From Raillietiella orientalis (Eukaryota), in contig JAYWIR010000030.1 of NCBI GenBank assembly GCA_036172245.1, positions 1,364,001 through 1,428,000 of the forward strand: a DNA stretch of 64,000 bases. Direction: 5' to 3'. A program made the translations under genes and the position numbers. The notes beneath the pieces are model-generated. The model was not told where the DNA came from, made no database searches, and saw nothing but the letters and a program-made list of their open reading frames with translations. The stretch's first letter is position 1. Each line of letters opens with the position of its first letter. Below, piece after piece: positions 52,096 through 64,000 of the stretch.

Positions 52096-55000
52096 TTACA
52101 ATGTCTCAGATTTTATCTCAGGATGTTTTTCCATCCATTCATCTAACTGAGACCGAAAGTTGTCTGTCCAAAATATTCTCTTCTTTGCTTCTTCCAAGAC
52201 TTCTTCAGAAAAATGCAAAAATGTAGGACTTTTCTTCTCAAGGAATGCTTCAAGCTATCAAAAAAGACAGAAATGTAATGAGCACACTAGATGCTTACAC
52301 AAAACTTGACTTGTGATTTTTTTTTTTGACTTAGTGCTCCTGGTAATATCACTAAGTCCTTATGATAATAATCCTATTTAGAGTACAAAAAACTAATGAA
52401 GGAATTCAGTAATTTATGAAAAAATGTTCTGCGGAAATTGTGGTCAAAGGTTATTCAAAAACAAAATTTGCTAGTATAATCATAAAATAAAAAACTTGAA
52501 ATTGTGCTTTCCTAATCCAACACAAAAAACTTGATTATTTTCAGAGGCCAAGCAGTAATTGTTATTTCCATTATAAGAAACGTAAAAAAAAAGGGGGGGG
52601 CATAAAAGATATAAAAATTGTGACATCAGCCCACATGACATGTTAAAAATGACTAATTATGTACATCATTACTAATTGCTCCACCGTTTCGTTGAATTTT
52701 AAATCGTTTTATCACCTTAATTCTTGTTTTCCTTTGAATGAACACATATACAAACATCTCATTTTTATACCCACTAATTTAAGAGGTCACAATGTCCGTG
52801 CGTTACTAAAGGAGTTTCAACAAAACTAGCTTATCATAATATACGTATTTTTGATAATTGTACGTTCCCTGTAGTGATAGAGTTTTGGCCTAATTAGCAT
52901 AGAATTCCAAACCAGCGTTTCAATAATTTCTAAGAATGCATGATGGAGGCAAACCTGATACAAGTGACAGCATAAAACAAAATTACAGAAGGACGCTTGA
53001 ATAGAGGATTTTGAGGGGAACCATAGCTGTGTCATTAACTGTAAAGAGGATGTAATTTAAAATACTCCTCTCTAAAAATGCACAAAAACACTGACTGACT
53101 CATTCTCCTCGGGAAAGAATGAAACTCATAGATCAAATTTCATAAACGGGTTAGTTAACGTGAATGAAAATGAATAAAAGGGAGACATTATAGACAAAAA
53201 AAAAAATCCTCCATAGCCCAAAAGGATTGCCAAACTGGACTAAGATGACCGACATTGAATATTAATCAAGAATGATAAAAAGCTTAAAAATATTTTTGAT
53301 GGAAGATTCATTAATGAAAACAAAAAACATGCTCGGAAGATATCTGAAGTATTGAAGAAGAAGGAAAAAAACAGCGAAGCGATGGTATCTTCCCTACTTC
53401 AAATTAAGTTGTCCTGATTGCCTATTTGGGGAAAATCTGTTCATGAAAGTGAACACGTTTTCCCAAATAAATTTACTAATCTCACAGACTAGCTCTACAC
53501 CAGAGGTATGCAATAAATACGCCCTAATGCTAATCAGAACAATAAATAATCAGGATGATTAGTCTTTGACTCATGAGTTTTGATCCACCTAAAGATGCAA
53601 GTCTTGTGCATAACAACAGATATGATGAAGAGTAATTCATAACTTCTAATAGTGCAAAGTAACCAATGTTCTTCCATAAAATTAATACATCGACTTGTGC
53701 TTTCGCTTCATATACGAAATTCACACCCTTTCTATATTCTTTTGATATTCACCCATATATACCCCTTTGCATGCAAATAGTTTCATTTGATAAACATCAC
53801 TATTCAATGACTAACCAACTGGTTAGCTCTTTCGAAACATAAAGTGAAATGGAGCAACTGGAAATAGTTGCAAATATACTAAATATTCCCTTCGTTTTAT
53901 CCAGAAGACCTATCTTGTAGACTGAAGTTTGAATTATTTTTATCGAAATTTGCATTTAAAAAAAAAACACACACACACATCAGAATGTTTCTTCATAATA
54001 CTATTCAAAATTTGACTATCAGATGTACATATCTTCTAATCTAAAAAAAGGCTAGTCAAAATAATGATATAAAAATATACTTTTCTCTCTAAAGACGTAT
54101 AAACCGTTAACTAGGAAGCACATTGAGGGAGCTGAAAATTTCTGGCTGGTAATTGATCACTTTCTTGAAGTTATCAATTTTTTTTAACTATGCAGTGGAT
54201 TCAGGCAAATGTGAAATGGATAAATACGAAATGCGCCGTTTGGCTAAGCGTAAACTTTGGAAGCTTTAATCCTTAGAAAAGGAAGGAAGAGCACAACTGT
54301 TGTCTACAAGAATTAGCAGAAAGGATAGAATTTATTTTGAAATGGTTTTCCCGTTGCAAGTTGAAATCTCTTTATTACTGCATTTATCAAATCGTTGTTT
54401 ATTTGATTGCGTTTATAATTAGGCTAATGACTACAAGTAGCAACGATTTATTACTTGCACTCCGATACTTACTTCTGTAATTTCCATCTGTAGGTTCATG
54501 GTGTTAATGATTGCCCGTATTAAAAAATGTAGCGCCGTGGTTGGCAGGATATTTTGATAATCTTCAAACTTCAACCGTAGATCTCGCCAGATGAGAAATT
54601 TTCCAGAAGGATCTTGGCTCAATCTGTCAAAAATTGCAAGGAGGCTATCTGGAGAAACTCTTGCCTTCTGTGATGACCACTCCAGAAGACTAATTTGAAG
54701 CAAAAAAAAATCATTTCTGTTGAACAAGATTTTCTAAAAGAATAAAAATACTAATTTACATGCAAAGACCACAAAAGATCAACGTTATCATGGAAAAGAG
54801 GAATAACTGTCATAAGCAGTGCCGGTGGAACAAAGATGCATGTCTCATCACATCAGCATTGTACTATACAGTTCGTTCGATTAACATTGGCGTTGTGAAT
54901 TCTGTTTGGGGGCAGAAAATATAAACCCAATTCACTGAAAAAACAATTTTTTTTCTAGAGAGCGTTGTGCCCACTTGAAAGTGCTCGGATGCTCTGTGCA

Positions 55001-57338
55001 ACACTCAGCAAGGATCGACTCAGTATCGAAACAGTAAAAACAAAAGCACAAGTGAAACAAATCTTACACTTCATGAAAACTATCGGCAGAAGTATTAAGA
55101 GTAGATTACAGCAGAAAGCCTATAATAAGTGTACTCTACTGATTTCTTGATAGCAGAAAGCGTTCCATATTAGATTTATGCATACGTAATATTCCTCAGA
55201 TGAAGCGTATGCATTTTGAGATTATTCTGCACTTGAGATTTTGTCGAGTATCCGATTACTGATGTCTTTAACGAAAAGGTTTACTCGTTCTTCGAATGAC
55301 CCATCTCACGTGACAAACGGATTCTTCACTTTGCCAAAGATCTGAGACAGAGACTATCTCGGTTTCGAGCACCATCCTCTGATTTCTGCTTCTTAGCTTA
55401 AATGAATCTTCTAAAGATCCTCTCGTCAAGTTATCATCCTGAACGAAGAGAGCCACGTTGCTTATTCCCAAAGGAAAACAGTTTTGGCTCCGATGAGAAG
55501 GAGCAGGTTCTTGAGCTCTGGTAATATCCATTTCATTAAGAACAGATATGACCTTTCACTCGACTCCTGACAGCACTTAATAAGTCAAAGCAAAGTGGTC
55601 TTTGTCAAGTGGACCGTTCCTCTCGAGATTTCCTCTGACGTTCTCTGAAAATGAGTTTGAATTATTTGGATGAAGAATGATTCCTCAACATGGAAGCATT
55701 GAGTGTTTGCTTGTAGTGTCTTCTTCTCGAGAGGAGGCTTCACAATCTGTAAACTGTAAGAAAAGAGTAGGACTTACATAAAAGAGTAAATGTCAGGGAT
55801 AGAGTCAAGAACAACGCTAGTGGGAAAGGATTTCACAAACTGGAACAGCGTCCCATGGGATCGAAATCTAAACTGTTTAGCGCAAGGTCGATTAGCAGAT
55901 TTCCACTCTTGGTATGCGGCGCCATCACTTTCATACTTTTGCGTGCAAACAAACATTGATAAATTCGGGTTACAAAGAAAACTTCGGGAGTTCGCTCCGC
56001 CAGTCGGATATCTCTTTAGAGGGAACTCACTCCTATCCTCCTTGATATCCTTTCGTGCATTCTTGTTCTTTTGGAAAGCTCTCACGTGAGCTCTCCGGAA
56101 GAACCGTTCGAATTCTGAGAGCGGAAGAAAAAAAAACATTATACTTTTACTTGTTGCTGATGCAAAATCGCTACGGAACCACCCGAGTTTCTAGTTCTTT
56201 GAAAACAGTTAGCTTGTAAAAGAGGAAAAGAGAGAAGGCTAATGGCTCGGGGTACAAATACAATCAAAGGGAGGAAGCAGCATATCTACAAAAGCAAAAC
56301 GAGTACATACTACTGCAAGAGATCGAAATCACTGGAATATGAAATGGCATTCAGGATGATGGTTCTGTCTTCTGATTTGAGTTTTTCCCAGGATTCAAAG
56401 AACTCTTGGGATCCTCCCCATTTAATGCCTGCTATATATGTCGCTGGTAACAAATTAGCATGTACAATGTCTCCTTTTTCCACCATATTTTTGTACATTT
56501 CCCTTCCAGCCTCAATGGAGTTCTCTAATCCTATCTCCAGAGTCAGTGGCAGTATCAGTGATCTCAGCATTCTACCAACGCATTAGTCGCTTTCTATCAC
56601 TAGACGGGAGCTGACCTGGTGAGGTGATCTCCCGTATTGTTCCAGCCTAATGATTGGTAAATGGGAAGGATCAGGTACTTGGTAAAAACTTTCATATGAT
56701 TCGAAGTAGGTTGCAGAAGAGATGTGGCGAGCGCCAGATTCCTCAAGTGCCTGATGGCTACGACCCAGACAGAGTAATCGTTTTGATATCTGAGCTGCAT
56801 CAGAAAATCCATCAGCACGTGTGCGCTTAGGTGTCCTGACCTGGAAGAATCATCGCTGCTCTTCCCGATCTCTTTGTTTAGACCAGAACTCACATGCAAA
56901 GCGTATGAGCATCGTTCAGCAATCCGATTCTATCAGCGCTGGACAAGGCACTACTGTTGAACGCATCACTCAGGAGTTTCCAGTTCCTCCTGCTGTAAGT
57001 TGTCCTGAAGAAACCAGTGTGATCCTTGTTGCACTTTATCCAAGAGGAAGACGACCCCGAACTTATAGTCTGGACTAAACAAACTGACTCTTTTCCATGA
57101 GGTTACCAAAGACCTGACTTGGTTTCGTCCCCATGATCAAAGAGAAGGTTTCGTTGGCATCAGTGAAGCAGACGAGAGAAATCACCCAGTTATAGCGGTA
57201 ACGATGCTGTGAATGTTTGGATTCTTGGAAGCCAGACTCATAGTGATTTTGCTCCACACTCGCAATCTTCTTTGCATAATCTACTCTGATGGTTATTACA
57301 GGAAATCCTTCTAGTTTGGACCATGATTCCATAATGTG
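52096..57338 (-). CDS. M1-family aminopeptidase, 3' part (post-catalytic beta domain and ERAP1_C-like domain); exons 57338-57107, 57074-56894, 56840-56616, 56571-56311, 54689-54473, 52254-52096
   Basis: The spliced translation is continuous and phase-consistent: HIMESWSKLEGFPVITI...WIKCNKDHTGFFRTTY...DRIGLLNDA...YQNDYSVW...YQSLGW...DFDLLQYLLEW...DPSGKFLIW...EITE/LEAFL...IFWTDNFRSQLDEWM*. Introns are GT-AG, 32, 53, 44, 1621 and 2218 nt. AATAAA (minus strand) at 52028-52033. GAMEN/HEXXH exons not found in the window. Confidence 0.88.
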
Positions 57339-58447
57339 CTGTAAGATATAAGAGAGCAATGCTATTAAAAAAAAAAAAAAAAAAATACAATGGCATTCGT
57401 TTCTCTTTAGAGCATGCTTTGTGCACAAAGAATGGAATTTCGCGAACAGAGTTTGCGTTTGTATTCGCATGAGCGAGAACTCTTCAGCAAGAAGAATCAT
57501 AGTGATGAATCAGCATTGCTGCTGCAGAATTACAAAGCTGGATCCAAGCGCTTCTTCAATTCAATTCTGAGTGACCAAGTACATGGAGAGATAAAGTCTT
57601 TATGTACTCTTTAATGTATCCAATGGGAAGCGCAACATCAGATGGAATCCGCACAGGAATTTTCGGTTTTGAAACTCGAATTACCTAGGAAGCTCAACAG
57701 TAGAGAAATAGAAACAGATGTTCACTTTGAGGAACCAGGCCTCTCTGGACCAATACATCCAAGCATCCTGCCTCGGCTTTCTTCCCAGCCTCATTTTCAG
57801 TTTCTTCTAATATGTGGTTCTGAGATCCGTACTGATGAACACAGCCATCAGGACCGAAAATCTTGCAAGAGAAGAAAGAAAAAAAAGAAAATGGAACGGT
57901 TGCTTGGAATGGAGCATTTGGATGCTTCCAAAACAAATCCTTTCAATATAAAAGGATAGTTCCTGTGAAATGGCGGGAAGGAAAAAGTCACCAGGAGCCC
58001 CACTGATAAGACAGCTCTACATAAAATAAGACAGGCAGAAGTGGACCATGTGATCCTTTTCGCGGATCAAAGAGCTCCATATCCAAGGCAGCAGCTCACC
58101 AAATGCATTACACGGGTTCTAACGCTCTGGGACACTCAAAGTTCCAGAGAATTCTCAAAGTGGCATGCAGATAACTGTTAGAAAAAGTTGGACACCAAAT
58201 GGCGTGAAGGAATTTTCACCCCAAACATCAGCAAAGAATGCTTATCTCTAATGGGTTTGCGAGTTTGGATGAGTGCGATCTTGGAAAAAATTTACGAGGT
58301 TTCGATTTACAGAATGCTTTCTTATAGGTTTTTGACTTCATTGGGTTTTTGAAATTTCTTGCCGTTCGGGGAGTCTAGATGAGACACGAAAAGATGGTAT
58401 TCGGATGGGGAAATGCCAGGAAGGTGAAGAAGAGCGGATGCAGATCT

Positions 58448-58549
58448 GAGCATCGTTCAGTAAACCGATGATTCTATCAGTGCTGGACAAGGAAATACTG
58501 TTGAACGCAACCGGTGTGATCTCTGTTGCATTTCATCCAAGAGGAAGAC
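58448..58549 (-). pseudogene. Decayed partial duplicate of aminopeptidase exon 56894-57074
   Basis: gagcatcgttcag..attctatcagtgctggacaagg..tactgttgaacgca..gtgtgatc..tgttgca..tccaagaggaagac aligns by eye to 56907-57051, with an internal deletion of ~45-50 nt and small indels. Confidence 0.75.
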
Positions 58550-60438
58550 CGTCTTTATCCATTCACCATGTGAGAAAGAGCTGTCCTCATGTTGCACGTC
58601 CCTTGTGCCTTTGGTGAATCCTAGGTGTTCTCTGGACTGCCTCTTATGGAAGTCAAGGAAGCGAAAGAGATGGAACTGCAATGCTGTTTGAACTTTGAGG
58701 ATGAAGGGTAGGATGATTCGGCGCGAATCCTACGACAAGTAGGTAGGGGTTCTGTTTAGGAGGGAAAGAGGGAGAGCACTGGAATGAAAGAGCCTGTGGA
58801 AGTGAACTGAAAAAGAAGGAACACCATGCGGAATTTGGCGGGCTTAGTTAAGAGAGAAAGGCCTCAACGTTGACCATTTAATCATCTATTGGAATTATTT
58901 AGTTTGTGTACGTTACAAAAACTATTAAATAAAAAAACCCATTGGTTTAGTAATATAAAACTGAGAAAATTTCTGAAATGAACTCCTAAGAACGGAAGCA
59001 TGCTGAAGTGAAAGCATTCAAGGAGAAAAACAGGGAACGGACCCTACATTCATCTGGGGGTCATCGATCAGGAGTTTTTTTCTCTCTCTCTCATAAACAG
59101 TCCATTTTTTCTGATTGGATGGTTTTGTTTTTACTAGATTCTTTTCCCTCTTTTGTCTTCGGCGGAAACATGAAAGATGAACGAAAGTGCAAAATTGTCT
59201 GAAGATGACCCACCTCGCAGTTTTTTCAACCCGGCACGGTGCACGTGAACGAACCCGCTTGACAGTTGCCATGCAAAAAGTCAGAGGGGTGCGAGGAAGG
59301 AATGAGGAATGTTCCTCCGAGATTGCAGACTGCATCGAAGGAAGGTGGTTCCCACAGCTGGCGAAGACACGTGCTGCGTCGGGAGAAGCCAAAGGGGACT
59401 CTGTATCAGACACAACACGAGCTCTATCCCACGAGCGCATAGAATGATTTTTCTGCCTCTCAGGTGCTATGAGCGGATCGAGATGCATTGGGAGAGAGAA
59501 GTCTGGAGCCAGCGTAAGAACTGCGACGCGATTCTCATGGTGCACGTGAAACTTCAAGCACCACCTCGCGACGGATTCGAAGCTGACCGGCGCCAAAACG
59601 CCGGTTTGAAACCTGACCGTTCTGCCTATAGCAACCTTTAATCTCCACGGGCGGATTCAAAGAGACTGGACTCTGTGAAGCACTCTCGTTGTGCGCACAC
59701 AGAACTCAAGACAGAAAAGGCGACCGACTTTCCTGACTTTCAGAGCACCACGGGATGATAGGAGGTTGCATCAGCGTTGCATACTTACTCACGTATAGAT
59801 ACGGATCCATGTCTATAAATGCACTGCGTTAGGTAGTACTGTCAAGATGTTAGCCATGGTGTCGTGTACGCAATGATCTCCTTGAAGAACTGAGTTTTCG
59901 TAAGACGGAGGGAAGCAGAGCACCTAAAAATGTTTGTACATTGACACAAGACTCAGAGTTCCATCACATTCATCATGAGGATCCTTTTAAACCCTTCATA
60001 ACCCTATGATTGTGAGCGGCTTTTGGAAGCAAAGAGAGGAAAAATTGCGAGTTTCTCCGCGGTCGTGCCTAGTGTGTAAAAGGCAGTAAAAGGATGAAGT
60101 TTTCTGAGATGTGTGTCTACAGTGAGCTCCGCCATCCTCTCAGTCAAAGAGATAGAACCTGAAGCTGTCAGGAGAAAACCCCCAGAGGCTCTACATAAAA
60201 TAAGAAAAAGTTGAAGATACCATCCTTTAAAATGCCTCACCAGCTCGTGAAATGATGCATAGACAAGGGGGGGAGGGAAAGCAAAGTTGCAAAATGGGGG
60301 CGTGGGGTGGTCTCACAATTCGGTGGGAGCCCGCCCAAGGTCTATTCTGAGAGTTGTCCACAGCAAGGTTCAGTTTACAAAAAGGGGCGCTTGCTTTGAG
60401 ATGACAAGACAGCAGGTCAGTCCCAAAGGGTAGAAATT

Positions 60439-61284
60439 TCCCGCATCGGAGGCTTTGTAGTTAAGGCTTCCGCGCGTGGCACCATGCAACGCGGATTCGA
60501 ATACTGCGGCAGAAACTGACGCCACTGCGTCGTTGAGTTCCGAGTTTCTCCTGCAATGGCGCTGGTTGGCCGAGACTTTCGGACGTTGCAACGGTGCTCG
60601 TTTAAGCCGGAACAATGGGAATCGACCTCCGGGTACTCCCAGGAATCAAGGAGTGGGGAGTTCCCCCTCCGGTCGAACAACGGAGAGCGGACACCCCACA
60701 CCAGGGGAACCCCTCCGGTTTCAAGATGCGGCAGGAGCCTTCACAGACACCTCTCCAGTTGTTTAAAGGAGCAGACTCCCCCCTGTTGTGGGGGGGACTT
60801 TCCGAGTCGCTGCCTCTCCAGAGAGTGCAAGGAAGCAAGCAACAGCGATCACCCTGTGGGAAGCTGCAGCGCCCCTTCTGAGAAATTTCGGAAGCGTCCC
60901 TTGGGGGTTCTCTTCATAGGATTGGACAGGAGCGGTTCCCTTGCGGGCTCCCTCCGGAGAAGAAATTCCTACTAGCGGACCCTTTCCGGGTTCCCTTCGG
61001 AGAAGATGAAATGGAGAGGACCACCCCCTCCCAGGGGATGTTCCTCCGGAGAGAATGAGGAAGGAGATTCCCTTTGGAGACAACCAGGGGGGGGGGGGGT
61101 GCGATCCCCCCTCCCCAAGCGTGAGAGAAACGGACTCCGAACCTTCCTGGATTCATAGGGCGGACCCCCTTCCGGGGTGCCCTCCTGTCTTGAAGAACAC
61201 GTACCCCCCGCGGGTGACGTGGAGCAGTGTTAAGAGCCACGTGCGTCGCGAGGCACGTGACCGGCTCTTGAGGTGCTTAGAGAA
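60439..61284 (+). mobile_element. tRNA-headed long SINE-like element, full-length copy with 16-bp TSD
   Basis: Head cccgcatcggaggctttgtagttaagg...gtggc...gcggattcgaata (A- and B-box-like). Perfect direct repeat ccaaagggtagaaatt at 60423-60438 and 61285-61300. No TTTT on + strand. Hairpin-array body. Confidence 0.85.
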
Positions 61285-61719
61285 CCAAAGGGTAGAAATT
61301 GCTTTGGCTTTGTCGGCGCTTCCTTTGAAGAACTGTCCACATGAATGAGAATGGGTCCACTGATTCGAAAAAAGCTCTTTGCGGGAAGCTGCAAGACTTC
61401 AGATGAAGGGAAGAGATCGAACGACTTTTCTCCTAGGAGGCAAGCGGCAGTTTATCGGCATTCAGTTATCAAGTTTAGCACGAAGTCAACTGCGTAATAT
61501 AGAGGATGTGTATATATCTTGTATGGAAGATGAAGATATGGATTCTACATGATGGATTTGATGCTAATATGAGCACTTGAAAACACGCAGCAGATTGTGG
61601 AAGTTGCAAAAGTCAGTGTTTACTCCAAAGATAAACATAGGATACGGTCATGTTTGCTTGGACCAAAAAGGATGGCGATTCGGAGAATGAGCTGAAGACG
61701 ATCATCAAAAGTGCCCATG

Positions 61720-62805
61720 TCGGAGGCTTTGTGGTTAAGGCTTCCGCGCGTGGCACCATGCATCGCGGGTTCGAATACTTCGGCAGATAACTTGACGCCA
61801 TTGCGTCGTTTGGGTTCCGAGTTTCTCCTGCAACGGCGCTGGTTGGCCGAGACATTCGGGCGTGGCCCCGGCTGTGGATAAAGCCGGCGGCCTCCCGATG
61901 AAGGCCGGAACAAGGGGAGTCGACCTTCGGGTCCTCCCAGGAATAAAGGAGTGGGGAGTTCCCCCTCCTGTGTGCAAAGGAGAGTGGACCCCCGTCACCG
62001 GGGGACCGCCTCCGGTTTCAAGATGGAGCAGGAGCCCTCACGGGCACCTCTCCAGTTGCTCAAAGGAGCGGACCCCCCCCTGTTGGGGGGTCCCTCCGAG
62101 TCGTCGCCTCTTCACAGAGTGTGTACAAAGGAAAGAAGGAAGAGAGAGCGATTCCCTGAGGGAAGCTGCAGCGCCCCTTCTGAGTTTCGGAAGCATCCCT
62201 TCGGGGGTTGTCTTCAGAGGAGCGAATAAAGGAGCGGTTCCCTTGTGGGTTCCCTCCGGAGAAGAAATTCCTAGAAGCGGATTCTTTCCGGGTTCCCTTC
62301 GGAGAAGTTGAAATGGAGAGGACCACCCCCCATTGCGGGGGGTGTCCCTCCGGAGAGAATGAGGAAGGAGAGATTCCCTTCGGGGTTCCCCTTCGGAGAC
62401 AATCAGGGTGGGAGGTGAGATCCCCCCCGGACGGGGGATCCCTCCCCAAGCGTGAGAGGAACGGACTCCGAGCCCTTCCTGGATTCAATAGGGCGGACCC
62501 CATCCCGGGGTGCCCCCTATCCTAAAGAATATTACACTGAAGAATTACACGCCCCCCCCTGCGGGTTGCCGCGGACAGGCATGGAAACAAAAGTGTGTTA
62601 ATGTTTAAAAAGAGCCACGCGCGCCGCGAGGCACGCGACCGGCTCTGAGGTACTTCGCGAACCAAAAAAAAGAAAACTCTTAAAAAAAAGAAAGCTGGAA
62701 GGAAAACAGCGAAGACAAAAGAAAAAGAACCCAGGATTTCCATCGTCCTAGGCCAATAGTAACGATCTCCTCGTGGGGTCGCTACTGGCTTTAAAAAAAA
62801 AAAAA
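61720..62805 (+). mobile_element. tRNA-headed long SINE-like element, copy with extended 3' end, poly(A) and 13-bp TSD
   Basis: Head tcggaggctttgtggttaagg...gcgggttcgaata. Collinear with 60439-61284. A-tract at 62793-62809. Direct repeat aaaagtgcccatg at 61707-61719 and 62806-62818. No TTTT on + strand. Confidence 0.85.
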
Positions 62806-64000
62806 AAAAGTGCCCATGCTTTCCAAAGCATTTTAGCGGAATTTCAAAAAAGAACTTCTCGACCACAAATGAGACCTCAAGGTGTTGCAACACTCCCGAA
62901 AAGCTGAATCAGACAGTTGCCCCAACACTAGCGAATAGAGAAATTTTCCACTCCAGCCACCATATCCAGAGGAAATCGAAGGAAGAAAACTCGGATGTGC
63001 GTCCACTCTTCTTCACTTTCCTGGTATTTCTATGTCCGAATGCCATCTTTTGGGTCTCATCGAAACTCCCTGAACGGCAAGGAATTTCAACAACCAAAAA
63101 GGACGTCAAAAAACTATGGGAAAGCATTCTGTAAATCGAAACCGCCTAATTTTTTTCCATGATCGCACCAAACCGCTGCTTCGTAGTTGTGAAAGAGACT
63201 GTGGGCGACTAGGCAAGGAGTAAGCCATATGGAAATGTTCGAAATAGGGATTTCACTTTCGGGAAGAAACAAAGCAAAGGTTGTGACCGATGTCATCTTG
63301 TCGGTACAGGGATAACTGCTATTGGTCGGGTTTCTAGATTGAGAGTAACGAGGAAGCTGCTCCGAGATGTGTCCGTAACTAATCCGTGTGTCACCAAATG
63401 TGACGACGTGAGCCATCCAAATGCGACGTGTGATAGTGTGCTTCTAGCTGACGCTTCTCAACGTAAGTTCCTCGGGAACGAAAGGGAAAGCAGACGTCTT
63501 TTAATGCTTTCCGATTGAAAATGAACACAAAATCGGTTTCGGAATGAAAACAAGCGAGCCTACGGGGTTTACTTCTAGAATTTTCTAGAAAGAAAAAGAA
63601 TGCAATGAAATATCCGTCTAGATCCTTTCTCCTCTTTTTCCTTTAGAACATTTTTGTTCCGAGAGCACTGATGGGTGCACAATTTCCTTCTTTTTCTTGT
63701 ATCTTAACCTTGCCTGTTGGCAAGGTCCACTTCCGTTGCACAAATACCATCACCCGTCAACCCTTAGTCATCAACAGATAGCACCTACATCATTTCTTTC
63801 TCCCGATACAACCTTACTACGACATCAAGGACTAGTAACTACGAGATTCCGATTTTTTTTTTTTTACTCTTATTTTTTTTTTCTTTCCAAAGATACGTTT
63901 GCTAAACTATGGAACCCATGACATCTCGCTTTAACTGTTCATATTACGACATGCCCCTCTATAGAAAAAGAGCATGTGTGGATCAGGAGATTCGGGTCAG

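Noticed and set aside
61914..62446. CRISPR-like array
   Set aside because: Units vary in sequence and length, linkers are too short to be spacers, no cas genes are present, and the context is eukaryotic.
60600..62520. Protein-coding or deltavirus-like reading of the hairpin-rich element
   Set aside because: Copies differ by frame-breaking indels, no delta-antigen or HDV-ribozyme motif was seen, and TSDs plus a tRNA head explain it as a retroposed non-coding element.

Overview
Eukaryotic (metazoan-like) genomic DNA. The first ~45 kb is mostly decayed repeats and recent rearrangements. It holds an isolated 28S rRNA fragment, several fragments of Utopia-type (U2-targeting, RLE-class) non-LTR retrotransposons, two L1/Tx1-like 3' fragments, a near-identical 1,666-bp inverted duplication with a fold-back junction, and a small direct duplication. 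One Utopia 3' end still carries U2 snRNA sequence and sits inverted inside another Utopia RT. An AT-rich block (~46.7-57.4 kb) holds two convergent spliced genes: an intact 5-exon DNA polymerase lambda (Pol X; 475 aa, 38-44-nt introns, altered lyase and sugar-gate motifs) and the 3' six exons of an M1 aminopeptidase, whose catalytic exons I could not find here. The most unusual signal is a family with at least 5 copies of tRNA-headed, 0.8-1.1-kb retroposed non-coding elements. Two copies have clean target-site duplications, and the body is ~12 tandem GGAG...CTCC stem-loops. All calls are by eye from motifs; no searches were run.
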